A stretch of DNA of 64,000 nucleotides from Nitrosopumilus sp. (GCA_965207445.1 CBDBLX010000002.1:1719849-1783848), one strand, 5' to 3'. Positions 46,180-57,284 are shown, numbered from the stretch's first letter. Notes: generated by a model not told the origin, from the sequence alone. Program-made: numbers and translations.

Positions 46180-46702
46180 TATTTGTGCATAGTACACACT
46201 ATTAAGGTTTAAGATCAAAAAATGGGGAATTGTATACTGGATTCACAACCATCTAGAGGTTGTACCGAATTACGGCATTCGGTGGTGCTGTAACGGCACA
46301 GAACGGGTCTTTTTACCTCCCATTTCACGGCAGATCATACCCAAGCCCGACAATCTTGCATGGCACATACTTGCAGATACGTACGACAAGGTTTGTGATG
46401 AGGGGATTTCACCAATGAGCAATGCGGACGATCCGGTACGGGTAATGATTGACGATGCGACAGCCAAGGTACTTGGCGCAGAGCCGGAGGTTCTGACTAC
46501 GCGGGTGCCGCGGCCGGGGCGTCAGGGGTTCGGCACCGGCACCGGATTGAACGATCCCGGCATGCGTGTGGGCGCAAAGCCTACACGAGGATGCGAATTA
46601 TCGCACCGAGGGAGTATCACACCTCAAACTACTGGTGAATTTATTTAATTGTTGCAGGGTTTCATTGCTTTTATTGGTTTCAAGGTAGGATGTTGGAACG
46701 CG

Positions 46703-46900
46703 ATGAAGATTACAGAGGAGGAGTATGAGGACGGGGTGAGTGTGACGGACGCGGCCCCGCTTGACCTGTTCAGGCAGGGCATCAGGGCGGAGGCAACCCG
46801 CGCCTTTTGCACGCGTACTCTTGGACGCACGACATCACGCTGCTGTGCTACGAGCACACCGGCAGACCGTGCCACCTACACTTGCTCAAAAAGATCATAG
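46703..46900 (+). pseudogene. Possible N-terminal remnant of a thaumarchaeal integrase-like gene
   Basis: MKITEEEY..PLDLFRQGIRAEAT..TRTL, then frame decay; GC-rich islet. Confidence 0.4.
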
Positions 46901-47065
46901 AGGATCCCGCATTGTTGTGGTGGTGGGAGGGGGGGGGTCCTGACGGCGGCCAGTCCGCGAGTGGCTCAGGCTGGCGTGATCCGGTCGGGAGACAGGCAAA
47001 TGAACCCGGCTGATGTTGAAAAACGTCCAACTCCTGTTCTACATGCTGTACGTGTTGTTTATGGC

Positions 47066-47361
47066 TTATCCGCGCCCGTATACTTCCTTGTGGTCTCCTA
47101 TTGGCGACCAGAAGTATTTTGTGCCCCCTGTAGTTTATCGTGTACAACTGGCGTACCGATTTTGTGATGTTGATGCCATACGTGTTGCGGTACGGTGCGT
47201 GTTTCTTGTCCCCAAGCCGGGCAGGTTCAGAGGCCGTCCTGAGATCCTCTATGCGCGAGTTTACAGTATCCACCACATTTGTGACTTTGGCGTATTTTTT
47301 TGTACAATTTCCGAAAGATTGTATTGTCTTCAATGCTCCACAGATGAGCTGCATCACTCAT
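47066..47361 (-). pseudogene. RelE/ParE-like toxin with two frameshifts
   Basis: MSDAAHLWSIEDNTIFRKLYKK / ..LGDKK..YGINITKSVRQLY.. / IGDHKEVYGRG* lie in shifted frames. Confidence 0.65.
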
Positions 47362-48328
47362 GTTGTGCCGCCATTCTGACGGTGACAACTGGTTTGCAGT
47401 CGTACCGGTCCTGATGAAGTATGACATCCTCTATGTCCGGATGCAGCTTGCGGGTGTCTGTAACCGACTCAAACTTTCTGATATATCCAATGATGTCGCC
47501 GTCAAGTGCGCTCATGTGATCTTTGTAGTCTGTTATCCATTTCCCTACCTTGTCATTATAATATTCGTCATGGTGTCCTATGCGAGCAATTTCCCCGAAC
47601 CCATTCCATATCTCCTTGGACAGATTCAAGAGTACTCGAAGCATCTCCATGCGAATGCCATGATCCGCGTCGTCAGAGTGTAGGAACGCGTTTAGCATTT
47701 TTGAAAAATCCATAAAGATCATCTTGTGATCGACGAACTCCGGCAGGGTTGGGTATGCAAGTATCGCTTCATCCAGCAGGTCTTCAATATCCTCGTTGGT
47801 ATACCTGCTGTCGCGTTCCTCCAGGATGGACTTGCAGTATGACTCAAACTTGGCCATAAATTCAGACTTGTACGCCCTGTACCATGCATACGGCGCATGC
47901 TCGTAGATCTCTTCAACTGCCGCCTCTATGCTCAAGAACGCGTCAGTGGCGCGCCTGATCTCCACCTTGGCGGCATCCACATGCTCTGCAGGATCCGCGG
48001 CCTTTAGCGGTGCCATGGCATGTCTTGCTACAAGCGTGTATGTCTCATAGTTTGTGCTTTTTGTAATTATTCCGGATTCACTGAGCCTGTCTATGTTGGC
48101 ATACACAATTTCGGAGAACGGTCCGTCTCTGTACCAATAATACGCCAGCTTTTGCCTGACGGGATTGTCAGCAGACATTTGCGCTCTTGCGTTAAACAAG
48201 ACCTTTAGGATCTTTTTCTTGCTGATGCCCCCCTCCATGGGCCGCTTCTTTGAGAGTCCCTGCATGGCGGTGCATATCATCTCCTGTATGGTTGCGTCAT
48301 ACGAAAGGCCAAAATCAACCAGAACCAT
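47354..48328 (-). CDS. Panacea/SocA (DUF4065)-like antitoxin
   Basis: KKILKVLF..YYWYRDGPFSE motif; overlaps the toxin start. Confidence 0.65.
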   Translation of the reverse strand: MVLVDFGLSYDATIQEMICTAMQGLSKKRPMEGGISKKKILKVLFNARAQMSADNPVRQKLAYYWYRDGPFSEIVYANIDRLSESGIITKSTNYETYTLVARHAMAPLKAADPAEHVDAAKVEIRRATDAFLSIEAAVEEIYEHAPYAWYRAYKSEFMAKFESYCKSILEERDSRYTNEDIEDLLDEAILAYPTLPEFVDHKMIFMDFSKMLNAFLHSDDADHGIRMEMLRVLLNLSKEIWNGFGEIARIGHHDEYYNDKVGKWITDYKDHMSALDGDIIGYIRKFESVTDTRKLHPDIEDVILHQDRYDCKPVVTVRMAAQHE

Positions 48329-48706
48329 GGCAGACGATACGCAGACGAGCCATATAGATTTGGCGCTGTTAGATGCGTGCCTGATTCGTATGAGTCAGGG
48401 TCAAATCAGCGCCTGGCGTGCGGTAACGACCCGGCCACCGACGGTTTCCATTTCAGTAGTTTAAAAAGTAAAGCAGTGTTTGAGTCCGGATTCTGGTACA
48501 TTGTCACTATGTGTCGTTTGTAAGGTCAGTGACACGATTGCAAGGTAGAAAATACATGTATCGTACAGTTGATCAGGCGGGTTTGCAAGCCCGGTTCGGC
48601 GCGCCACAACATGGCGTGTGCAGGCGGGGCCCGGTTTTTATCTTCTTGTGATTTGGCATGTCGTATTTTGTATTGTGCTTGCAGTATTTTTGAGGCAGGA
48701 CATCAC

Positions 48707-49095
48707 CCGATGTCTTCCAAAAAGAACTGGCGCGAGGCGACGTTTCTGAGTATCATTTTCTTGCACGTGCCGTAGATTTTTTTAAGCATCCGGTATAGTG
48801 TCAGCGGAGGACACACATTAGAGCTGTCGGGAATCTCTTTGTGTATGAATCAGTTTGTCATGTTCCATGCGTTATATATGATCATAGTAAAGTAAAACAG
48901 TACCAGTCTGACAGACGGGTTTCTGCTACATGTGAGCGGCCTGCACTGCTTTGCGCACCTGTATCTAGTTTCTATTCCCCAGTGTTTTTTGTATATCTTT
49001 GGTATGTTTGCAAGTATGCTTTTGGCTCTGTGTCTATCTGCGTTGGTTACAAATACCAGATATTTTTTTCGCAGAGGAGTACTTACAACACTAGC
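48707..49095 (-). pseudogene. C-terminal remnant of an ISH3/IS4-type transposase
   Basis: VFVTN..YKKHWGIETRYR..TCSRNPSVRL..F..IIYNAW with an internal stop. Confidence 0.75.
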
Positions 49096-49221
49096 CAAAA
49101 TGCAACAAAAGTGTATTTTTAATCTAAAACCAAGTCGTAGCACATGTTTGTTAGTTTACATTAAATATATACATATAAAAGTAAAATGATAAGAGTTTTT
49201 TATACGTACAAAATACAGACA

Positions 49222-49614
49222 GTGTTGTCTGATGAACAAGATCGACTCAAACGTGCAGTAACAATGTTGCTAAATGGTGCCACACTACAAAGTCACCCGT
49301 GTCCATACTGCAAAGGTGTCAGAGTGATCAAAAACGGTAATGCATTTTGTGTTAATTGCAAACAGGAACCAGAAGAAAGACAGATACCGCAAGAGTACAA
49401 CAACACAATAAATGACACAATAAAGAATTCCAATTCAACCCAAATACAACAACAAAACAAAGATGCAAAAAGTAACATAATTGATACATTAGAGGATGAA
49501 CTTGTCACACTTGCAGAAGAGCTAAAAACAGAAACCAATAAACAAAAAAAGATAGAGACATTAGATGCAATAAACAAAATACTAGAAACACTAGACAAGG
49601 CAAAATATAATTAG
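49222..49614 (+). CDS. Autoantigen p27 (SSSCA1)-family zinc-ribbon protein
   Basis: AVTMLLNGATLQSHPCPYC..FCVNC. Confidence 0.85.
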   Translation: MLSDEQDRLKRAVTMLLNGATLQSHPCPYCKGVRVIKNGNAFCVNCKQEPEERQIPQEYNNTINDTIKNSNSTQIQQQNKDAKSNIIDTLEDELVTLAEELKTETNKQKKIETLDAINKILETLDKAKYN

Positions 49615-50268
49615 AATATAATTTACAGATAATACATACCAACATTTAGTAAAAATAATACAAACATTATAGCACCCAAAAATTATGTGTAGACATAAAT
49701 AACTCACCATAACCATACAAAAAGTACTAGTCACGCTACATGAGCAAGTAATGTCAAAGAATTATATGATTATGTTATATATGACTAATTTAATGCAAGT
49801 ACATCATTTGTCAGGTTTGTCAAATTAATTATCAAAGTACAGATTATGAGACTCTACTCCCTACAAGGTTTACATGGTTGTAAAAAGACATACTAGAGCA
49901 AATACACAAAATACTTTGATTTATTTACATTAAAAGAGCAGTAATATCACTACTGCAAAGTAGAGCAATATAGATTCAAAAACACAAATCAGATGCCAAA
50001 AAAAAGTACTAAAAATGATTTTCATATTGGAAATTATAATATGTGAGGCGTGTGTTTATACACGTTTGATTCAAAACAGCAGAAACCATACAAATAAGAT
50101 ACTCTAGTGTTTAACCAAATAATATGTGGCACGAGTTGTACATACAGCAATTAAAAGTAATTAACAAACAGTCAAAAATTGTTCATTTACAACATACAAA
50201 CATACACGATAAAAAGTGACAGGGAATTTGCACACCCACATCAAAAAAAAAAGAAAAATAGCAGAGAG

Positions 50269-50403
50269 TTAATGCTCAGCGTCGTGACATAGACTGGTAG
50301 TACAGTCACATGTTGCATCGCAAAAACATTCGTCTTGCATTTGACAGTCGCATTCACTGTCGTTTTCTGCTTGCGCGGCACAGCCGCATGCTGCATCAGA
50401 CAT
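50269..50403 (-). CDS. 44-aa Cys-rich metallothionein-like peptide (absent from the ORF track)
   Basis: MSDAACGCAAQAENDSECDCQMQDECFCDATCDCTTSLCHDAEH; TATA box ~25 bp upstream; T-rich tract downstream. Confidence 0.75.
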   Translation of the reverse strand: MSDAACGCAAQAENDSECDCQMQDECFCDATCDCTTSLCHDAEH

Positions 50404-50421
50404 ACATAAGAGTAAGTGACG

Positions 50422-50445
50422 CGTGATTTAAAAGTTTAGATCACG
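50422..50445. promoter_or_regulatory. Imperfect palindrome overlapping the TATA box of the Cys-rich peptide gene
   Basis: CGTGATTTAAA-AG-TTTAGATCACG (10/11 arm match). Confidence 0.5.
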
Positions 50446-50562
50446 TTTTTGTTTTAATCAGAAAAAACACGATATAAAAATCACATAAAATGATCATTAT
50501 TGTATTAAAAAATATTTCTAGTTGTAGTCATATATCTTACAAATGTATAAAATTTGTACTGG

Positions 50563-51738
50563 TCATCTATCAGATAACAACTCAAACAATGTACTGCATG
50601 ATGAATGTATAGTATCTATGTTTTTCAACAGTGTGGAATAGTCAATCTCAATATCAAAGGCCACTTTTAGAATATGATATAGTTCTGGGTGTCTATGGAG
50701 TGTGTTTGATACAGCAAGTAAGTTTTGTGTATTAATATATCCTAAATAAAAGTAACAATCAGATACAAGTGAATTGGATAGCAAAAAATGATATTCTTTA
50801 GATATCAGATCAGAATAAGGACAAACAACAGCAATTGACTCTGTAAAGATAGGTGAATTCACTACACTAGATGCATCATTTACATAATTATCAAATCCTA
50901 CAGTAGATGAGACCATGCGTGAGAGTAGTGTAGTAGTAGCCCTCTCAATTCCTATTGAATCTGTGACTGTTGAGACATGATTGTTCATTGAATTTTCAGG
51001 CAAGTTACGTAAAGTATCTAACATATGAGTCGGTTCAACACATTTCTCATTTAATGCACACAGCGCATCTGCCAAGTAAAATGCCGCGCACTTTTGCCAA
51101 CAAGAAGAAAACACACCAAGGTGTGCAGTATCATTATCAGTATCAACAATAGCACCATTAAGGAAATTGGGTTTATTTTCATCATGGTTAACGACAAGGT
51201 TATTGTCATTATCATTGTCAGTATCATTGTCAGTATCATTGTCAGTATCATTGTCAGTATTATGATCAGTGTTATTGTCAGTTGTATGGCCAGCATTATG
51301 GCCAGCATTATTACCACTATCAATACCACCAACAGCATCAAGTGCATCTTTGGCATTTTGGCAACAAAACATTGATTGTAATAATGAGTTTCGAGCATGA
51401 TCATGATACAAAGCTTTACGCTTTGCAGAGATCTTTTGAAGGAACATGTACAAGTTCCACGACGGATCACGCAATACTTGCATCATATCATATTGCAACA
51501 GTTTACCAGAGTCCGACTCGTGCAAAGAAGCATGATGCACTATAACAAAAGTACCATCACACTCCAATACAATATCATGACAAGAAGGATTTTCATCAAA
51601 TACAACCACATCATACACATAAGATTCAGACGTTTGTGCTCCCAAAGATCTACACCCAATCAACCCAATAGGATTATCAATGTCATCAAGTTTACCTAGA
51701 ATTTTGTGTATGTTCACAACTACAAGTAAATAGTACAT
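50563..51738 (-). CDS. Conserved thaumarchaeal-type hypothetical protein with a D/N/T repeat insertion
   Basis: Long ORF with a nucleotidyltransferase-like N-terminal pattern G.IGCR..YDVVVFD; (DNDT)n insert. Confidence 0.7.
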   Translation of the reverse strand: MYYLLVVVNIHKILGKLDDIDNPIGLIGCRSLGAQTSESYVYDVVVFDENPSCHDIVLECDGTFVIVHHASLHESDSGKLLQYDMMQVLRDPSWNLYMFLQKISAKRKALYHDHARNSLLQSMFCCQNAKDALDAVGGIDSGNNAGHNAGHTTDNNTDHNTDNDTDNDTDNDTDNDNDNNLVVNHDENKPNFLNGAIVDTDNDTAHLGVFSSCWQKCAAFYLADALCALNEKCVEPTHMLDTLRNLPENSMNNHVSTVTDSIGIERATTTLLSRMVSSTVGFDNYVNDASSVVNSPIFTESIAVVCPYSDLISKEYHFLLSNSLVSDCYFYLGYINTQNLLAVSNTLHRHPELYHILKVAFDIEIDYSTLLKNIDTIHSSCSTLFELLSDR

Positions 51739-52052
51739 ACTATAAAGAGATCATCGAAGGCAACACTCAACATAAAATACAGTTTATTGTCAAGATTAAA
51801 GTCAATTGACACCATTATAGAACAATACATTTGATTGTAATTCGGAGTTTGTATAACATCTGCGTAATTGAGAACATGCAGACAGGCACAAAGTGGATGA
51901 ATGTAAACATAAAAAAATTGATCATATGTTGGTCAAAAATAATTGATAATTAGAATTAATTGGATTGTGCCTATTTTGGGTAGGAATAGATACTATAACT
52001 TAAGATTAACAAATACATTTATTTAAATTAAAAGAGTTTAATTTTAAATCTA

Positions 52053-52130
52053 GCTCCCATAGTGTAGTCCGGTTAAGCATACTGCCCTCTCAAGGCAGTG
52101 ACTCGGGTTCAAATCCCGATGGGAGCACCA
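52053..52130 (+). tRNA. tRNA-Glu(CTC), CCA encoded
   Basis: GCTCCCA/TGGGAGC acceptor; CTGCC-CTCTCAA-GGCAG; TTCAAAT T loop. Confidence 0.97.
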
Positions 52131-52135
52131 TTCGA

Positions 52136-52190
52136 CATCATCATCATCATCATCGTCATCATCGTCGTCATCATCATCATCATCATCATC
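52136..52190. repeat. (CAT/CGT)n trinucleotide microsatellite
   Basis: About 18 units directly after tRNA-Glu. Confidence 0.9.
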
Positions 52191-52399
52191 ACAATAATGA
52201 GTATGATTTGACCATACCGTAATCACAACGAGCATCACACATAATCATTATCACAACAACAGTACAGCAAGCAATAGTACAAGCAATGGCACGAATATCA
52301 TCCGGGGCCATGACTGAATAAAATACCATTCATCACCACAACAACAATGGTACAAACAACTCAACAATATTTTAAATATCAATCACACACACAACAACT

Positions 52400-53056
52400 A
52401 TGACATCTCTAAAGGACATCAAGATTAAAGAAGAATATCATTCATATGAAGAAGACATCATAAACGGTTTTTTCATGCCATGTTTTAGCAAATGTATAGA
52501 ATATGATAGATGTGTAGAACACCTGTCAATTGATATGCTAAAGAGAGTGTTTAACAAATATGATAACTTTAGGAATGGGAAAGCAAAACTGCGGCTAGTC
52601 ACAGGACACAAGTTCAAATCAATTGATCTGGATTTGATCGTAATACTACTCTCAAGATCAAGAAACCCATTTGAGAAAAGAAAGATCAAAGATGACAGCA
52701 TTAAACTCATACGAAAGGCATATGAGAGAGGACAGATCGAGATCAAGATTGCCATGACAAATAATATGGTAGAAGAGGACACAATTACAGACAATTTTGG
52801 CATATTCAAAGACATGCACAAAAATAGCACAGTGTATATTAGCACATCAAGAAGTTCATTCACCACAAAAGGAAGATTATTTGAATCAATAGACGTATAC
52901 ACGTCATGGAAAGAAGCAACAAGAGTTCAAAATAAGATTGCATTGTTTGAAAAGTTGTGGTGTAACGAAATTCCATATGTAGATGTATATGAGTTTGAAT
53001 ACGCCGCAAAGAATGGATATCTAAAGTATTGGACAGAATGGGTTATGCATGAATAA
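52400..53056 (+). CDS. Hypothetical protein resembling the PLD-like N-domain of SF2 helicases
   Basis: EEYHSYEEDIINGFFMP..YDR, FGIFKD, FESIDVYTSW, FEKLW. Confidence 0.65.
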   Translation: MTSLKDIKIKEEYHSYEEDIINGFFMPCFSKCIEYDRCVEHLSIDMLKRVFNKYDNFRNGKAKLRLVTGHKFKSIDLDLIVILLSRSRNPFEKRKIKDDSIKLIRKAYERGQIEIKIAMTNNMVEEDTITDNFGIFKDMHKNSTVYISTSRSSFTTKGRLFESIDVYTSWKEATRVQNKIALFEKLWCNEIPYVDVYEFEYAAKNGYLKYWTEWVMHE

Positions 53057-53071
53057 CAAAAAATACATTGT

Positions 53072-53638
53072 TTACAATGCATCATAGCGTTTGTTCTCAC
53101 GTAGTTCAGTTATGTTGATTTTGTAGTAGATTATCTCACCGTGCCTATCGACAACTGCAACTATGGGTTCTTTTCCCATCTTCATTATCTCACGAATCTT
53201 TTTTTGTAACTTGCCCATCTTTTCTGGTTGTCCTTCTACAAGCCCAAACACCAAAAGTTTGGCACCCTTTTGCCCAAACTGTCCACGTTCATACACCCTA
53301 AAATCAACACCAAATCCAAATCCATCCTTTGCAACATAACCACGTGTGCGCAAATCACGATATATCAAAAAACGCGTAAGTATTTCTGGGTCAGATTTTT
53401 TACACAAACTCAAAAAAGAGTCAAATGTAAGCACTTGTTTACCACGTAAAAGAGTCAATCGTCGAGTGTGTAATAAGAACAGAGCTTCAAATGACTCTAA
53501 AAACAGACCATTGACAGCATCATCAGCATACCCAAATCCTTTTAGTGAGAGTTCGTGAATTGAATCAAGATCAGTTATACATGGACGTGATGACACCATT
53601 GTGCCGCAGAGGTCATTCAACTCATCATATTCAGTCAT
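53072..53638 (-). CDS. endA: tRNA-splicing endonuclease subunit
   Basis: LESFEALFL, FLIYRDLRTRGYVAKDGFGFGVDFRVY, VVDRHGEIIYY. Confidence 0.9.
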   Translation of the reverse strand: MTEYDELNDLCGTMVSSRPCITDLDSIHELSLKGFGYADDAVNGLFLESFEALFLLHTRRLTLLRGKQVLTFDSFLSLCKKSDPEILTRFLIYRDLRTRGYVAKDGFGFGVDFRVYERGQFGQKGAKLLVFGLVEGQPEKMGKLQKKIREIMKMGKEPIVAVVDRHGEIIYYKINITELRENKRYDAL

Positions 53639-54024
53639 TATAAAATAAAGTATACAGATTTAATATAAAGTCTATCTTTGTAAAAATAGTTACCCATAGA
53701 TTTACTTTATAATATAGTATTATTTTCGTATCAAAACACCCTTTTGCCAATAGAACAGAATTTGTCATAAATAATATCAAATGTCAAGTCACTCACATAC
53801 ACTAAAATCAACTCGTAGAAAATTCAGTAAAGCAAAAAATATCACAGGTATGTAATGGTTAGATGTTATTCATTCACACTCATATTCATACTCATGTTCA
53901 CACCCATATTCACACAAGTATTCTAAACCATAAAAAATCCACAATAACACCACGATTACCATGATCAGTCATTGCAGTACCCATCTGCCAACCGTTAAAA
54001 TATAGGACAGATGTTATAAAAAGT

Positions 54025-54534
54025 ATGCACGGGGCAAACTACCGTAATGGGACAGGACAACCATTTACACGTAAAGAGTACATAAAAGGCAAGCCACAGA
54101 TCAAAATTGCAAAATTTCAAGGTGGAAAGAGAGACACATACGAATACTGTGTACAATTATTACTAAATGAAAGTATGCAGATCAGACACATGGCAATAGA
54201 ATCTACTAGACTAGCAGCAAACAAGACACTTGAAAAAACTACGGGTGAATCTGGATACTATTCACGACTTAGGATATACCCACACAACCTGTTGCGCGAA
54301 AACAAGATGATTGCAGCAGCAGGTGCAGATAGACTACAAGAAGGGATGCGCAGAGCATGGGGAAAAGCAACTAGTCTAGGTGCAAGAGTAAAGCGAGGGC
54401 AATGCATAATGGAGTTGTATGTTAACGGTGACGAGCACAAGGAAGCTGCGAAAAAAGCGCTCAAGGGTGCATGTGTGAAACTTCCAGGCACACCCACCAT
54501 AAAGGTAATGTCATGGGATAAACCATCACCTTGA
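54025..54534 (+). CDS. rpl10e: 50S ribosomal protein L10e/uL16
   Basis: TRKEYI.GKP, LRIYPH.LLRENK..AGADRLQEGMRRAWGK. Confidence 0.97.
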   Translation: MHGANYRNGTGQPFTRKEYIKGKPQIKIAKFQGGKRDTYEYCVQLLLNESMQIRHMAIESTRLAANKTLEKTTGESGYYSRLRIYPHNLLRENKMIAAAGADRLQEGMRRAWGKATSLGARVKRGQCIMELYVNGDEHKEAAKKALKGACVKLPGTPTIKVMSWDKPSP

Positions 54535-54542
54535 CTTTAAAA

Positions 54543-54579
<37 letters not shown>

Positions 54580-54581
54580 CA

Positions 54582-54836
54582 TTATACATGTGTTATAGAC
54601 TTGTCTACAAATTTGAGAAATTCTTTGAATTCATCAGGCGTCGGGTCCCTGCCCAATATACGCCTAGTCTGATAATAAAAGGTATTATACAACCTACCAG
54701 CAATTATTCCACTTATAGCAGCAGTAGCGTGTTCAGCATTCTGATCAACGACACCAGCCAAAGCTTCGATCTCTGTTGCATGAGTATCAAATTCTTTAAG
54801 TTTTTCAGATAACTTTACAAAAACTCCAGTATTCAT
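54582..54836 (-). CDS. Small conserved thaumarchaeal-type hypothetical protein
   Basis: GIIAGRLYNTFYYQTRRILGRDPT..EFKEFL. Confidence 0.75.
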   Translation of the reverse strand: MNTGVFVKLSEKLKEFDTHATEIEALAGVVDQNAEHATAAISGIIAGRLYNTFYYQTRRILGRDPTPDEFKEFLKFVDKSITHV

Positions 54837-54952
54837 ACAAACAATAATCTACACATAGATTAAAAGATTAGTTTCGCTTGTGGTCCGCGTACGAGTGTAT
54901 GTTCTACAAGTTCCGCATCATATTATTGCGCGGCCCTAGGTACCAAAGTATC

Positions 54953-55033
54953 GTAACCGTTCAACCCCCTCTCAAATTTAGGCACAGATTCACCGTCTAA
55001 TTTCTGGTGCAGGTATGAGGGTTGAACGGTTAC
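54953..55033. mobile_element. 81-bp MITE family A, copy 4
   Basis: Same TIRs and internal sequence; no TSD. Confidence 0.9.
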
Positions 55034-55081
55034 ATGGACAATTCTCAAACTATAAATCACCTATACAGAACTAAAATACAC

Positions 55082-55402
55082 ATGAGTAAAGTATTAGAAA
55101 AGTCTTTAAAAGATGCACGTAAAGAAGACAAACTCATACTAGGTGCAAAACAAGTTCACAATTCTATAAAAGATTCAAAGTTAATAGTCATGTCACGATC
55201 AACACATAATAATAAAGTCTCAGACCAGATAAAAATCACTGCTAATGAAAATAATGTACCACTAGTGCATTTTGAAGGCACATCCGTTACACTAGGTAAG
55301 ATCTGTGGATTGCAGTTCCGTGTATCTACAGTATCGTTCAGTTCACTAGAAGACACCAGTATCAATGCAATAGTAAATGACGCAAAACAACAAGGTGAAT
55401 AA
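55082..55402 (+). CDS. rpl30e: 50S ribosomal protein L30e (L7Ae family)
   Basis: LILGAKQV, FEGTSVTLGKICG..FRVS; upstream of nusA. Confidence 0.9.
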   Translation: MSKVLEKSLKDARKEDKLILGAKQVHNSIKDSKLIVMSRSTHNNKVSDQIKITANENNVPLVHFEGTSVTLGKICGLQFRVSTVSFSSLEDTSINAIVNDAKQQGE

Positions 55403-55547
55403 AAATGACAGATCATATAACTAACATCCATACATATATCAATACTACCATTTTGGGCATATTGATGACCACAACAATGATAATGATAATAAACGATCAA
55501 GATTTAAATAGCAATAAAATTGCGGAGTTAAGACAGGTATTATCATA

Positions 55548-56012
55548 ATGGCACAATCAATAAAATTATCCACAGATCAGATGAGAATGATATCACTGTT
55601 TCAAAACGTCACAGGTGCCACTGCAAAAGATTGTATTGAGGATGAAAGCCAAGATCGCATAATGTTTATCGTAAGTCATGGCAAGATGGGACTAGCAATT
55701 GGAAAGGGCGGAATGCACATAAAATCACTGCAAAATATAGTAAAGAGAAATGTAGAGTTAATAGAGTTTAATGAGGATCCAACAAAATTTCTTGCAAATC
55801 TTTTAAACCCAAAACTAGTCATGGAAGTCAAACTAGCAGATCGAGCAGATGGAACAAAACAAGCAATAGTGACAGTAGATCCGAGCAAGAAAGGAATCGT
55901 GGTTGGTAGAGATGGAAAAAATGCACAAAAAGCACGTATGTTAGCAAAGCGATATTTTAACATTACTAATGTTCTGATAAATGGACCTGAAAAGGTAGTC
56001 ATGGAGTTTTAA
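55548..56012 (+). CDS. nusA: Archaeal NusA (KH domains)
   Basis: MGLAIGKGG, KGIVVGRDGKN. Confidence 0.95.
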   Translation: MAQSIKLSTDQMRMISLFQNVTGATAKDCIEDESQDRIMFIVSHGKMGLAIGKGGMHIKSLQNIVKRNVELIEFNEDPTKFLANLLNPKLVMEVKLADRADGTKQAIVTVDPSKKGIVVGRDGKNAQKARMLAKRYFNITNVLINGPEKVVMEF

Positions 56013-56015
56013 ATC

Positions 56016-56453
56016 ATGAGAAAATCACCGCTGGGATTATTTGCAGGAAGGGTACTGACTACCAAAAAGAAGAAACAGAGGTGGGCAATATCCACATACA
56101 AACGTCGTGAATTAGGAATCGACAAAAAGGCAGATCCTCTTGGTGGATCACCGCAAGCACGTGGAATTGTGCTTGAGAAAGTAGGTATTGCAGCAAAACA
56201 ACCAAACTCTGCAGTTAGAAAGTGCATCAGAGTACAACTGATAAAGAACGGAAAGACAGTCACAGCATTTTTGCCACGAGACGGTGCGATGAACTTTATT
56301 GATGAGCATGATGAGGTCCATATACACGGTATGGGTGCTACACAAGGCGGTGCTATGGGCGATATTCCAGGTGTCAGGTTCAAAGTATTCAAAGTTAATG
56401 GTACATCATTACACGAACTAGTAATTGGTAAAAAAGAAAAGCCGAGGAGATAA
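56016..56453 (+). CDS. rps12: 30S ribosomal protein S12
   Basis: [20 protein letters not shown]. Confidence 0.98.
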   Translation: MRKSPLGLFAGRVLTTKKKKQRWAISTYKRRELGIDKKADPLGGSPQARGIVLEKVGIAAKQPNSAVRKCIRVQLIKNGKTVTAFLPRDGAMNFIDEHDEVHIHGMGATQGGAMGDIPGVRFKVFKVNGTSLHELVIGKKEKPRR

Positions 56454-56456
56454 GTA

Positions 56457-57131
56457 ATGGTCGCATCTACAACACAGATAAAAAAGAAGACTAAAAGAAA
56501 AAAACGACTAAAGAACAATGACTACACATATGAGAGTAATATAGACAACCCGTTGCTCTTTCGTAAATGGGACATGTCAAATATTGGCATTGTAGATCCT
56601 GGACTGAAAACTGCCATATCACTCAGAAAACAAGTCATACCATACACACATGGTCGCTCGGCACTCAAACGATTCAACAAAGCAGAAGTCAATATAGTTG
56701 AACGATTAATGAACAAGACAATGCATTTTGGAAAAAAGTATGCAAAAAATACCGGAAGGATGGCAGGTAAAAAGACAAAGGTACTAAATACGGTAAAGAC
56801 GGCATTTGATATAATCAACATAAAGAGTGGAAAGAATCCAATTGAGGTACTAGTAAGGGCAGTTGAACATTCTGCACCAAATGAAGATACCACAAGAATA
56901 GTATATGGAGGTACCGTATATCACGTCTCAGTTGATGTAGCTCCCATACGACGTGTGGACTTGGCATTAAAGTTCATATCTGATGCAATAAAAGAGTCCA
57001 CGTTTTCAAATCCAAAACCTATCGAAGAACACATGGCAGAACAGTTATTGCTAGCAGCAGCAAACGATCCGAATGCACCATCAGTCAAGAAAAAGAACGA
57101 GCTGGAGCGTATCGCACAGGCATCAAGATAA
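56457..57131 (+). CDS. rps7: 30S ribosomal protein S7
   Basis: IVERL, NPIEVLVRA..APNEDTTRI.YGG, ERIAQASR. Confidence 0.97.
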   Translation: MVASTTQIKKKTKRKKRLKNNDYTYESNIDNPLLFRKWDMSNIGIVDPGLKTAISLRKQVIPYTHGRSALKRFNKAEVNIVERLMNKTMHFGKKYAKNTGRMAGKKTKVLNTVKTAFDIINIKSGKNPIEVLVRAVEHSAPNEDTTRIVYGGTVYHVSVDVAPIRRVDLALKFISDAIKESTFSNPKPIEEHMAEQLLLAAANDPNAPSVKKKNELERIAQASR

Positions 57132-57203
57132 TAATCATATAGTACAAAAGATAGCACGTCAAATAAGTGACTTTAATGTGCATGTAATACTTGAGTGCAT
57201 TAG

Positions 57204-57284
57204 GTAACCGTTCAATCCCCGTGACTGCGCCAAAAGTTAGATGATGAATCTGTGTCTAAACTTGGGAAGGGGTTGAACGGTTAC
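57204..57284. mobile_element. 81-bp MITE family A, copy 5
   Basis: Same TIRs; orientation opposite to copy 4; no TSD. Confidence 0.9.
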
